DNA from: Bispira polyomma
Taxonomy: Eukaryota
Direction: 5' to 3'
Length of the DNA stretch: 64,000 bases
Assembly: GCA_965649765.1 (NCBI GenBank)
Contig: OZ287751.1
Coordinates: forward strand, 16,244,001 to 16,308,000
Shown: piece after piece, positions 1 through 13,200 of the stretch
How the letters are laid out: each line of letters begins with the position of its first letter
Position numbering within the stretch: the stretch's first letter is position 1
The notes under the pieces: model-generated
The model's database searches: none
The model's input: only the letters and a program-made list of their open reading frames with translations
What the model was told of the DNA's origin: nothing
Made by a program: the position numbers and the translations under genes

Positions 1-240
1 ATACTTTAATAACTGGTTTAAACTCGAGTAGAACATATTCAGACATGCCACATAGACTTTAATAACTGGTTTAAACTCGAGTAGAACATATTCAGACATG
101 CCACATAGACTTTAATAACTGGTTCAAACTCGAGTACAACATATTCAGACATGCTACATAAACTTTAATAATTGGTTTAAACTTGAGCACTACATATTCA
201 GACATGCCACACGGACTTTAATTACTTGTTTAAACTCGAA
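1..240. repeat. 53-bp minisatellite, about 4.5 copies, truncated by window edge
   Basis: CTTTAATAACTGGTTTAAACTCGAG... unit recurs at 4, 57, 110, 163, 216 (period 53), diverging rightwards. Confidence 0.95.
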
Positions 241-978
241 GACTACATTGAGATAATTTTTATCTCTTCCCTTTTACTGTGTTTACTGTTCAAATGATAT
301 TTTTTTAATTTGTGATTTTTCCCCACACAAGTTTCCTTCTGCAGCCTGTTGACTCTGCAGATAATATCATCTGACATGTTACACCAGTTTTTCTTCAATA
401 AAATTACATTAGACCTATACTTGTCAGAAATACACAAGCGAGTACTAATCTGTAGAGAGTGCCTTAAATAATGAGAAAAACTGACTAGAGTACACAAAAT
501 GGGACATAAAACTAATTAAGTTGTCTAATAAAATATTTTTTTGTTAAAAACTTTTTTATTATTAGATACAATAAAACATTGTGCTGTCACTAAATGTGTA
601 AATTAATTAGATACTTAATGAAGCAAAATCAAATTAAATTCAATTTATTTTTCAACATTAAATCCTACATACAAAGCTGTCAACCTTTGTCAGCCCCCAT
701 ATCTTGCCTGATTGCTGTCTTTCAGTAGGCTTACCAGGGCAAAATAATTTCAGTTGCTCATAGCAGTACCAGAAAACGGATTGGATCCTAAGTCTTCTCT
801 GTCACAGTACTAACCGTATGAAATAATTTACCAGCCAATATAAGATCCCAGGAAACCCTCTCTGGTTTTATAAGCAACCATCATCTCTGCACCCTCCCTC
901 ACCATCCATAGATATCTTTCTCCTTCACGTCACCTCCCCTCCCCTCTGCCCTTCCGAGATCACAAATGTGAAAACAGA

Positions 979-1610
979 CTACGATTTAACTACTTTGTCA
1001 ACGGACGTAGCGATAGATGGGCTCTTACCTACATCAGCAGAGCAACTAGCAGGCCTGACAACACTAGAACTAATCAAACTACTACTTGCCTGAACGGGGA
1101 CCTGATGACTTGCCTGACTACTGGTAAGGTTCGTCGCCAATGCTGCCTCATTCCTCTGAACCCGCTGGTCCATTTTCACCATTAATTCGTTCATCGAGTG
1201 TAGTTGAAGTAGTATAGCATTGGTAACTGCATCGCCGGACTCACCGTTTGCGGGTTCAGTGTCTGAGGCAGCATCGATCTCCTCCCCAGAGACAGAGTCA
1301 ACAATTTTTTCATTAACACAATTTCGCCCGACAGGATGCTCATGTTTGGTTAAGCATTGACTACAATCAAAGACAGGCATGACTAGATGGTGTTTCAACT
1401 AAAATATTGTAAATTATAAAACCGTAAACACCATAAACAAAATGTCACCCAAACAAATTTTAAACTAGTTGTTGCTCTGCTGACGAAACGATAAAGGCGG
1501 GAGAATTTGAAAAAGGAGAGCCTTATATAGTCGTACACCATCCCATAATAGTAGAACAGGCTGGTACCCCAGAACTGAGGCCACGAACGCTGAGGGCGTT
1601 CGCTTACAAT
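979..1610 (-). mobile_element. 5' remnant (terminus + gag N-terminus) of a second tyrosine-recombinase-type retrotransposon
   Basis: ORF 979-1398 starts with CxxC-x3-HxxPxGxxC, then a coiled-coil segment (NAILLQLHSMNELMVKMDQRVQRNE) resembling MAILQRLESANAEIHRRLDRVE in the 28-kb gag. GAACTGAG + hairpin at 1572-1602 mirrors 28711-28741. Confidence 0.55.
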
Positions 1611-3575
1611 TTTGCTGCTTTCCAATTATATAGTCTATTCCAATAGGTTTTTAAAAATGTGTTGTCATTTTCTTCTATGTGAAATAAAAGTAATAAAATA
1701 AATAGTGTGTAAGGCAACTTCTTACATGTCATGGCTTACAATTGATTTAAAGGAAAAAACCCACCACAAATCTGAGATAAGAGTCTCTCTAGAGTGGCTA
1801 CAAATGGTAATGGTTTTGGCACGTGACCTTTCAAAGACAGTTCCAAAGCTGTGTACCTGAAATAGAATTGTAATGACTGGGCAAGATTGCTGCTTACTCA
1901 TGACATGCTGTGATACGTTTTGGTATCATATCAGCAACCATTTTACTGTTTTGTAGTTTTACTGTTTATAGTTATAGTTATATTACACAGAAGCTAGGCA
2001 GCTTCTAAAGGACAACTTCCAAATCGACAAATCAAGGGAAAGAACCGAAAAATATAGCTTACTTAAAAATGGGATTATGGGGCCTCTAAATAGTTTACTG
2101 AATGGCACATTCCAAGTAAATATGATTATTATCAGCTAGTAGGGGTATTATAAAGTAGATTATCATGTCAATAATGGGTCCAAAGATTTTTTTCATATTC
2201 AGTAACTTGGCAGGGTCATGTGCTGATGGCATCAGTAGCATCCCAGCCCTGCAATCTTAAATGGTTCGTTCGATAATTTTCTTCTCATAATTTCAAATTA
2301 CACAGAAAATTAAAAGGGGTATGTAATAAAAAGTTATATCTCCATGAATCATTGTCAGCCTTAGGGCGTAACATCCCTTGGGCTGACAATGATTCCTGTA
2401 ACTCAAAGTGAAAGCTACATTCTTAGTTATACATAATATGTCTATTTCATTCTCACACTGTTATATAAGCATAACTCACACTATTGAGTTACTTGTCTGT
2501 ATATTAATGTGACTTCCTTTTGAGGACAGTCACCCTTTAAAGTGGACTCTGTGTTTATACAGTTGAGTCACGTCTGTTGTTTAAGAGGAGATAGTAAAAG
2601 ACAGGGTCTCAGAGGATGTCTCTTGGGAGAGGCTAGCGTTTAGTTAATGTGGGGCTCCAACTTATGTGATTTTGAATTGAGACTCCCGTGCAAGCACTGT
2701 GAGAAGCCAGTTGAATGTATTTGCCCTGTGGTTGAGTTTAAAATGAGTTCAAACTGCCTAGGACGCAAGTGAGAGCTCAAAGGGCAGAATTTAGAGTATA
2801 TGCGATTCCATATGCACTGTTTCAAACTAAATTTCTGCAATAGCTCTTGGACAGCAGGAGAATTTGAATAAGAATCGCCAAGGTCGAGTTCACCATGCAT
2901 TGCCATCGCAAGGTTTACACGGTGGGTTAATAAGGATCGCCCTAGTTAAGTTGGCATAGCACAACTTTTGCCTCAGGAACACCTCATTAGACCCCCCAGC
3001 AAAGCTATAAAGATAGGTAAACAATACATTTTCAACTATCGAGTGGCTGTCCTGACCATCAAAAATGACTTAAAATACAATTACAACATTGATCTTTCGT
3101 CCTGATAAGGTGATTTTGTAGTAAAACATGTGAGATAAATTGAAATAAGCTAGTTCTGTGAGATTGTATTCTATTGATTTAATCAATAAGTTCAATTGTT
3201 AAGGGTCAGTTGAGAATGCAACTTGAATGCGGGCAAACGCTAGAAATCGAGTGCGACCAATGCGATATGTAGGTCGTATAGATCACCCAGAAACTGTTTG
3301 TGAAAGTGTGATAATGCCTTAAATCAAACATTCTCTTGTTCTGCATAACAAAGGATCTGCTGTTCTTTGTTACAGTGTTACTGGACCAAGATCATGCCCT
3401 TCATATTAACCATTTGTAGAGTCTGCCAAAGAACTGTAAACGCCTTTCTGGCACAGATTTTATCCACTAATATGGGTGACCATATACTGTTAACATCAAA
3501 AGCCGTTAAAAAGAGATATTACACCCAAAATAATTTTCAACCCAAAATTGAAAATATTTCTCTACTTTCCTAAAA

Positions 3576-3833
3576 ATTTGAATTTTAATTATTTAAGGTC
3601 CACCCTAGTACCTTTTAGTAGGTTATATTGAGACGGATTATTGGAACGCTGGAGGAAACATTGTATACAGTTGGCCATGGTTCTACACTGAAACCAGCGG
3701 CCCACAGTAAGGAACTACCACCTTTCCCACATAGACATTGACGGGAGGCGATCTCGTGACCATTCGATCTCCAGAGGTGAGAGGTCAGTGATTGTAAAGC
3801 GCACTGCTTGCTAACGACTAGGCCTCTGCGGCC
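3576..3833 (-). mobile_element. tRNA-derived SINE, family 1 copy A
   Basis: Homologous to copies at 15131, 19072, 32217, 46455. TSD TTCTCYACTTTCCTAAAA at 3558-3575 and 3835-3852. Confidence 0.9.
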
Positions 3834-4879
3834 CTTCTCCACTTTCCTAAAAGCAGCTGTGCGGCATCCCTATCTTAATAAATAGATTACAACTACACGG
3901 TTTTCTCTTCCTTCTTGTTAAAGTAGACTCAAAGTCCAGCCCTATAAGACTTTTTTAGGACCCAGAATTAACGAAAAATGTAAAGTCTCGGGTGACTAGT
4001 TGGATTTTTTTGCAAGGCCATTTTGTTTGATGAAAATTAACTATTAGGCTATAACGATGTGGGCTTTTGTTCCAGTCCTATCGTCATATTACCATAAGCA
4101 GTTTACTAGCTGCTGTGATGTAGTGTTGATAACACCACACCACATTCTGTTAATCTAAATAATGATATAATGTTCCTAAGCTACTAGGAATACTCTGCAT
4201 TGGTCTTAACCCTCACTCAACATCATTTATTGATACATTACCTTAAGCATAATGGATTGAATGGTCTTAGGCAGTGCATCCATTATTAATTATCCTTAAG
4301 GTAAGCAGCAAAAGTGTTTAGCTATATTGCCTTTCTAGCATTACTGTGCAACAGCCTCAAGAAAACGGCTGTGTTCGGTGTTTTTTGAATTCAGTTATAA
4401 GACTGAAGGATAGACGTTTTGAGAAATGTTTTTTTTAAACCTATAAAAAAAACTTAAAAAGTAAAACCTATCATTCATAAGTAATGTGCTAAAGAGATAG
4501 GAATAAATCTCATTAAAATATATTGTAAAATTAAAATCTGAGAGCACATATTTTTTTGGTGGGACATCGATAAGCATGGAAGTGTGTCAGCTATAATTAT
4601 AATGATCAATTTATAGAACCCCAAGTTGATGAGAACATCCTTTAAGGCGTTAATATCCAACAAGACCAGTTATATTGAAGAATTGCACCTTTTATCATGA
4701 AAGTCTAAGTAACAAGAACAATTGAACATCATAGTGTATCAAATTTTAAACATACTTAAAATTTGATACATTTTAAGTTACATAATTGTACTTTTTTTTA
4801 AATCTACATCTTAAAAAATATTTATCATCTTAAAACTTTGTAGGAAAATGTTTTTAAAATCCATAGATCAAATAAATGA

Positions 4880-4946
4880 GTGGGGTTGTATCTGATGGGG
4901 TTATGTCTGATGGGGTTTTGACAGTGTGGGGTTTTGCCCTGGATTC
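4880..4946. repeat. GGGGTT(N)TGTC subterminal-type repeat ending GGATTC; probable non-autonomous DNA transposon end
   Basis: Four GGGGTT-anchored units spaced 15-18 bp; similar architecture ending GGATTC at about 10755-10840. Confidence 0.4.
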
Positions 4947-4954
4947 GTGGGCCA

Positions 4955-5060
4955 GTCAGAAAAGTTGAGTTTGGAGATGGCTTCTAAAACCAGTGATAGT
5001 ATCCTGTGATATGACAGTCTGTGGGAATTTGTTCCATTCAACAGGAGCCACGAAAACAAA
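4955..5060 (-). mobile_element. CR1/L2-group LINE ORF2 3'-end fragment
   Basis: Minus translation FVFVAPVEWNKFPQTVISQDTITGFRSHLQTQLF matches the WN.LP...FK..L C-terminal motif. Confidence 0.65.
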
Positions 5061-7035
5061 CAATTTTCAAAAATGTCAAATACAGTAAATAGAGACTTTT
5101 TACTTCTATTACAAATAATATTTCACAGTATTGTCAACAAAGACCAAAATTGTGTTGCAGTTTCAAAATTATTTTCCATGTTTCGCCATCTTGGCATCCA
5201 GATAATGGGCAGGTACAACATTCACACTGTCAGGATTTTCACTCACTGTGCACTTTATAAGGCTGGTGAGATGACAGCATGGCATGATCAAATAAAGGCA
5301 GTTGATGAGAACCTGCTAGCAACCCAGCAAGTCAATTTGAAGAGGCCTCTGAAGAGCCATTGTTGAAGCTCAACTGATTTTCTTACCAGAATGGATATTA
5401 GGCTAGTTAACTGGAAGGGTTTTATGACCTAGGCAATGCAATGAATATGTCAAGGTCTGTCTGTCTCTATGCTCTACATGATGTAATCTGCAGCTATTTA
5501 TTGAGCAATCAGAGGCTGATTAATTCTCCAGAAAGGCCCATTTTTTACATATTATACGGCCTTTTTTCTTCCTTCTTCTTTCTTTAAAATAAGGGGTTGT
5601 AGCTGTTGAACCCAGTCCAGAAAACAGAATATCTCTCCACTGACACAGACAATTTGTACATATAAAAGGTCACAGACAGCTAGAGTAATCGTGTCTTTAT
5701 GTCAAAATGACCTTAGGGGTCTATGCTAATTTAGGGTGACAGTGCAATAATATTAACATATTTTTGGACCCAATTGGAAGCTTCTGGACTGCTCAAGTAG
5801 ACCTCAATTAAAATATCTAAATAAAATACCTTTTTTGTAAAAGAGTTGAAAGGGAATAAAATAAAATCATCTCTACTGTTAAACCGACCATCTTCTATTC
5901 TCTATCTCTATATAGTGAGAAATATATCTCGAAAACATCCTTTAGGGTTTTATGAATTGTATATGCATAATAAATAACCGCACACATGGACTAAAACACA
6001 TATGGCTATTTTTGGTCACTAAAATCATGTCACTATCTTAATATACAACTAGGAAAGAATAAACATATTATTTTTGTTTTTATTGGTTTTTTTTCTTACA
6101 CAGTGTATACAATTCTATGACAGAGTAATGTTAGTTTTGCATTATAAAACAGGTATTTAATGTTTCGCGTTTTTTACTATTTGACATAAATATTTTACTG
6201 CATACATTAAAAAAGAAAATATTGTATTTTACATGTACAAACAAAAAAAAAAAAAAAAAAAAATTGGAATATATAGTTCTTGCAATTGTCTATTAATATT
6301 TATAACGTGTACTTACATTATGTAAACTTAATGTACACTAATGCCTACAATCTATTATAAAACCCAAGTAAAATAGGTGTAAAAACATGTAAAACAAATT
6401 AAATTAAGAGGCTTCTTTAAATATTTATTTCAGTAAATGGTGGTAATAATAATGCTAAAAGCATTCATTAAATTACGATCCTAATTTTAGCATATTTTGG
6501 ACTTCGAACCTATATAACTCCCACTCATTTTAATGTTAGTGGCTCAACTAATAGGCGTGACATTTATTTATCATACCACCAAATATTATATTACAAAATA
6601 ATGTAGTGACACTTCAATGGCAATTCATCTCGCTTGGGGTTTAAAGCATATTAGGTCATTACAAACGTAACATTCTATTACAAACTAAGTATTTAGTTGT
6701 CTACAGTAGGCATGTCTAGAGCTTCTCGGGGAACACAATTTCCAATGCAGATGTCACTTTCTATTTCTGTATTGACATTTCTGTAGTTGGGACTCTCTGC
6801 CAACGGATGAGAGATACTAGAGAAGTGATGACCAAATTGGGTTTTAATCTCATGTCTCAACAGCTGTGTCATTCTATTAATACCTCACATTGACAGTGTG
6901 TGTGTGTCTCTCTCTCCCGCTGTGTGACCCACACAGGTGGATCTATTTCAAAATCATTTTCGAACATCAATAAACATGAGTCTATAACCACCAAATGTTA
7001 ACATTTATATTTACAATATATTAAGGGAGTCTCTC

Positions 7036-7270
7036 CCGCCCCTTGTGGCCTAGTGGTTAGGAATTTGGTCTAATGATCATAAGGTCCTGGGTTCTATTCT
7101 TGGTACTGATCGCTAGTTTCACTAGTGGGATAACATCCTTGGGCAAGATATGTACACATATTTGCCTAGTGGCTTGGATGACCACTTAAAATGGCAGTCC
7201 TTCGTCACTAGGTCCTATTCCAGTGGCAGACTAAAGGTCCTTGGGAACGTTGATAAATTGTCATCCTCAA
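7036..7270 (+). mobile_element. tRNA-derived SINE family 2 (CORE-like)
   Basis: A-box TGGCCTAGTGG, degenerate B-box GGTTCTATTC, CCTTGGGCAAG core-like motif; second copy at about 31155-31320. Confidence 0.7.
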
Positions 7271-10200
7271 ACCTCTCTCTTCAGTTTGAGGAATTGAGAG
7301 TAACTGAATCAGTTGACTGTTGCAGTCAGTATAGGATTAATTAGAGTATAAATCTGATTGCAACCAAAATTAGAGAAACCCTGGATCCCCGTATGACAGT
7401 ATGTCTGACAACTCACAATAAGTGCAGTACCCAGCTAAGTGAGAAGTCCAGATAGTTAAGTTAAGGTGCCCTTAATACATATAACACAGTTTGAGGGATA
7501 AAAGTTTTATTTACATGTTAGTAAGAGCATTACATTTACTAAGTTTTAGAATGATTGCGTGAGGTGACCAGTTTAAGTTTATAATTATCTATATTAGAGC
7601 TAAGGTCACCAATGTAGCAGTAATAACTAAGGCTAAATTAAGGTGAGTTAAAGTTTATAAATTTGAAATGCAATTTATGTCATAAGGTAAGGTTATTGTA
7701 CTACTATTTCTTTACTAAGGTAACCATAATTAAAGTAAAGCTTACGTTAAACATACATATGCAATAAAAGACTATAATTGCAGAACGTATAATTGCAGTC
7801 AAATAAAATGAGTTACAGATAAAAGATCAGATCAGAATGATCTATTATTCTGATAATAAATGCATTATAGATTTACTGTACTGACTATTTATGTAAGTAT
7901 ACACTTTTAATGAACATATTAGAGATAAGAATGAGTGTATAAAACCACATAACCCCAAAGTCAGTTTTTAAAAGAGTTTCAAGCATAACATATTTTTTCC
8001 AACAATAACAAGTACATATAATCACCAGTTTATAAAATAGACCGTGTAATGAAACAATATCACTCAGTAGAGTGGAGACAAGGTACAAACTTGAAAGGGC
8101 CATAAAACAAACCAATAGAGAGGGACCAAAAAAATAACCTTATTTGTGGGCATATAACATGGTTTTGTGGCTTACTATATAGTCAATAACAAGAAAAATA
8201 TTTGAAAAGTTATTTGCATCTCCTAATTCGCTTATGTTTAAATCAATCACCAGACCCTGTAGAAAAATCACTGGCTCATACATATTCATTAAAATGAGAG
8301 ACAATAACACAGAAAAAGAGTTGAATCAAGCCCAACCCTCTATTAAGACAATATATGCCATTGCTCTATGAGAATATAGGTCTGTATCATCTGCACATAG
8401 TCAAATGTTGGTGGCTCTTCTGATAGCACTTCTAATTAGCCGAGGAATCATTGCTTTTATCTGGGGATATCAACTAGAAGGGAAGTTGATGGGGGCCGAG
8501 TGGGCAGTGTGCTGTAGAGTGGGATGTGGGATAGAAGGGGTTGCCTTGTATATCAATGTGACATTCTACTTGATAGCTGTGTATCTATTTGTCTTCATTA
8601 GTAAAAAAAGTGGATAATGTTGATGGCTGCTGAGCAGAGTGAAGACGAAACGCCACTTTAAGTGCTAGAAATCATTTGGTGTGTGTGCCTTATTGGTCTG
8701 ATTAGTTTCACTGGCAATATACCCAGTGCTCTATCAACAGCAAAATGTTGTTGTTTAGTTGTTTGTCCTGAGGTACTATACTTATAGCTCAGTTTATGAC
8801 CAGTCATATATCATATGAAAAGACATTGTATTTAGAAAGGACAACGCACACATATCTCTTTTGCTAAACAGTTCTATTTGAAGAAATTTTGCTTTGTAAA
8901 TTTTTTAATTTTTTTTTTTTTTATGTTTCTCAAGTTTATTATTGCATTTTTTGCAAATAATGCTGCATTTTAATATTTTTACATTTGTCTTTTTTGCAAT
9001 GTAAAAACTTAGCCCCACAAAACATACATTGTATAATGATGAAACTATGATTTAAAGAGATAAACCTATGCCTAGTACTCTCCACATCATTTAAATGTTT
9101 ACATTATTTATGCATTTTAAATACTTTTACCCAGTTAGCTATCTATTTATGCTGGATTGTGTAAACGAACAGTTGCTGCAGACGATAATCAACACTTTTT
9201 AGGAGAACAAAAGTTTCGCCCACACACCCTGCCCAATCCTGCACAGAATATAGAATGTTATTCAGTCTGTCAGTAACAATGTTTGAAGCCCAGAATAACA
9301 AATAACTATCCTTAACCCCAAAACGAAGCATAGTCTGCCCCTAATCCTAATTCTTCTCACAAACAATAGAAACCTTCTTCCCACATTAATGATTTATTTT
9401 AATTTTATGTAGTACGTTTTTGTTTGTGTAAGTTATACCAAAAATAAATACCCACTGTGTTTAAGGGTTTCAACAAATATCGTTACTTTTCCATTTGCTA
9501 AACAAAGACTGTTCTATAGTTGATGATGAAATAAGACCCATATGTTCAAAACATCCCATTGCTTCCGGTGTCATTCCTTAAAGGTAAATAGTATAGCTTT
9601 TTCCACCCACACTTGGACTAATAAGGTAAAGTTTGAATCCCAATTTGAAAGCAACAAACATCCTGTGAGTGACAAATCATGTCACTAAACTCATTTGTTG
9701 AGGCCACTTCAAAATGTGAATCTTATGTGTATGAACACCTTTTTCATTTAAGTGTGCTCAGGTGATCTCCAACAATTCTTGTTCATTACTTTCCTCATTA
9801 AACAGCTGAAGCAATCCATTTTGTATCAGTCGTTCAGAAAAAAGAACAAACCATCTTTTTTTCCATTCTATCCTGAATACTTCAAAGGAAGATCTGATTA
9901 TTAAATTATTATTAAAACATAAATATTTTTTTAAATTTAAAACCCGAGCCTCAAGTAAACATAAATTAAGAATGGATATTATTTAAAAGTGGTTTCTGAC
10001 TTTTGATAAAAAATACAATACACTGTTTTATCGTTATTTTAACTGGTATTTGCTTGCACTTGGTGCAAACATAAATTACAGATGAAAAGTTCAAGAAGTT
10101 CAAAGTATTATGTAGACTATCATAATATTGTCTTGATTTCACAATTTTGTAATAGACTGCTGTGTATCACTTTGTGTTATAAACTATTGGCCAACCTTGT

Positions 10201-13200
10201 TTGGTAGAGTTTGTTCAATTTTAGAAGCAATAGTTTAAATATCTTAGTTATAGATGTATTACTTTCGATTGTATATCATTTGCCCCCCCCCCCCCCCCAC
10301 CCGTCCATTTGCCCCCATACCCTTTTGCCACCTTTTTTAAAGGGACTACCATTTGCCTCCTTTTTTAAAGGGACTACCATTTGCCTCCTTTTTTACAGGA
10401 GTGAGTGTCAATTGCCCCCTTTCCCCAAAGAAATTCTTTACTTTCTTTTGCCATCCTTTTAACTGTTATAGTCACTCACTACTCACTCAAAGTTCATTTC
10501 ATGTGTGCTTACAACTATTAAGATTAAGGGTTTTTAGCTACTCAGGTAAGATTCATGTCTTCTTTGTACTTTGTGTTCAAAGAGATTCACCTTTTTAACT
10601 GTACATAGGATAACTTATTTCAAAGGGTATAGTTACTCATTCTTGTATTTGAGCTTTTCATGTATGCTTAGGAGCTGCAAATTCAAAGATCAACTCCTGT
10701 ACTCAGGACTAGTAAGGGGTAGGAACTTTAAAAGTTCCTATCCCTCATTTTTAGTGAAGGGCAATGTTTCTAAAGGCAATCTTCCGAAGGGCAAGGTTCC
10801 AGAAGAGCAAAGTTTCTGAAGGGCAAAGTCCTGGGATTCACATGTAACAATCTGACTAATTCTAAATTATCTTGACACATTTACTGTATATACTCTGACT
10901 ACTAACTCAAGTTTCAAGCACAATTTTTACACATCCCTCCTAACATGAGCAGGTATTATGCTACTAAATCCTACCTTTAGGCCATGCTGCACAGTTTCAC
11001 AAAGCACCTTCCAAAGAGTTAGTACCAACACAGTTCCTCGTTCCTTGTATTATGATACTATGTGAACTTCAAAAAGACTAGTACTAATACATATTTTATT
11101 CTACATTCAACTCAATGAACACAAAATGATAGCAATATGAGTAAGTTTATTTTATTATACATTCAACATAATGTAAGTAAGGGTTTAAGGTAATCATAAA
11201 TTGAGGTATATCAAAATGGTTTAAGTAACCTCAAGTTAGGGTAACCTTTGGAATCTATGTGTGTGACATAGCATTAGCCTAAAGTTAAAAGAAGTTAAGG
11301 TTACCCTAAGTTACAGAAATTTAATGTGGCAATTTAAGAATTTTTGAAAAGTTAAAATGGAAGGGTTAATACATGTATGTAATATATATAAAACTACCAT
11401 CAAGGCCCAACTCATCAAATTTTATTGATAGCAGAGTTACTAGAATATAGTTGCATACTGTTTGCCATGGTAACAGCAATAAAAATACTAGTTGCTTGTA
11501 GGGCTGCAACTGAGTTGTAAAATGTGCTTCGGATACTTGCGAAAGTGATTCTCCATTTGATGCCAGCTACTTGCTAAAAATATTTAAACCTATCCTAACC
11601 AAAACGAGGCTGTTTTTTACTGTTACCATAACTACCTGACAGCCATAACAAACAAAAATTGTAAAAAAAAAAAAAATAAAGAGGTAATTATTGGGAAAAG
11701 TATTAAGTTTAGGTAACTAATTTTATATCATTTTATGTTTATGTACAGTTTAATGTATTGTGAGTGTGTCTGAAATAAAACTCAGCGAGTAATTGGCTTC
11801 TTGTTTCCGACCTGGGCCAAAAAAAAACCAAACTACTTCCTTGTGGATTAATTGACCACTCGTTCTGCCCCTAGTTGCTGAGTACTTAGTATAGTTTTGT
11901 GAAAGAGGGACCATACGTTTAGACTGAAGTAAAACTAAGTACATAACAAATAGTACAAAGGGGCTGAAGCAAAAGGCTGATTAAAAGTACACAGAGTGTC
12001 AAGGGTTTAATAATAAAGTGACTGTTGTCATCATCTGTGTTATTTGTATTTCTAGTGCAAAAAGGCTGTACTCGTAGATTTCTGGGTCAACTTGGGCCAA
12101 ATACCACTTAAATATACAAACTCTAAAAGTCCAACAGATAGACTTCTACGGTTATATCAAGTTCATCTAGATTTTGTTTTTTACAATTTCATATCTTATT
12201 TCATATTAAAAATCTATTATCAATACATATGGAGATATACTACTTTGTTAAAGAACTAATACTTTTGACAGATATTTTTTTAATATAGAAAAGATCATCA
12301 CCCTCTAAGAAGGTGGGGGTTGGGGGGGGAGGGGGGGACAACAACCACTTGCATTTTCCAGGGTTGTATAAGGATTTAGAGGAGAGAAGCCATCATATAT
12401 AACCAGGTTTTACGAGGCTTGTCACAGGTTTGTTACTAGAACATTGTGACTGGTGTGTAGACCAGTTTTACATGGGTTTAGATTACTGAGGACAACGGGT
12501 TCAGATGTATCTATTTACAAAAAAAAGAAGACACAAGCACACCAAGAGACAAGTGAAAAAGAGGGAAGTGACAGGTTCACCTCTTACTCTAATGCTTTAC
12601 TGGATAGATATATATCTCTTAGTGTGATGTCATCAGCAAATACACAAATGGAGGATTGAACAACAATAATGATAATGTAGTAATGCGAAAAGATCAACTG
12701 ATGTATCATAAGATATACATTGTTGCTAGCTGATTCAAGCTTAGGGTTAAGACAACATTTTTGGTTGCCGGAGGCAACACATACATTAGGGCTCATCTTC
12801 ATCTGTACACACATCATAGCCTTGTTTGTCTTGTGTTTTATTGTAGTCAGATAGTAGTGTCTATGAAAGGGGTTCCTTCCAAACTACACTCACGTTGGGT
12901 CTTTGAACTGATTTGTATATGTTGTTGCCTTCTCAAGATTGTGTTAAAGCAGCTTGAACTGACATTAAAGGGCAATATATTCACATGCTCTAATTGATAG
13001 TCAAGCAAACTTCTGAGGCATCTATACTTGTGGATAATCTGCTAAAGACATTTTATTTTAGGTACATAGTTTATTATGTCATCGTTTGTTTGACATAGAA
13101 TGATATATATTAAACATTGACTATATTCTGTTTTGGCTGAAAGTAAAGAAAAAGACAACACATAAAATTCACCAAAGAAACCCATTTATTTATAGTTATG

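Noticed and set aside
1-240. CRISPR-like periodicity (also 54372-54712)
   Set aside because: Whole units repeat without unique spacers; eukaryotic context, no cas genes
2640-2906. 88-aa minus ORF in a slightly GC-richer patch
   Set aside because: No recognisable motif or splice support; possibly old TE debris
5400-5540. Cluster of homeodomain-like sites (TTTATGA, TGATTAAT) as a possible enhancer
   Set aside because: Expected by chance in AT-rich DNA; needs cross-species conservation data
12740-12830. RING-like fragment CMCCLRQPK on the minus strand
   Set aside because: Flanked by stops, remaining ligands absent; cannot be supported
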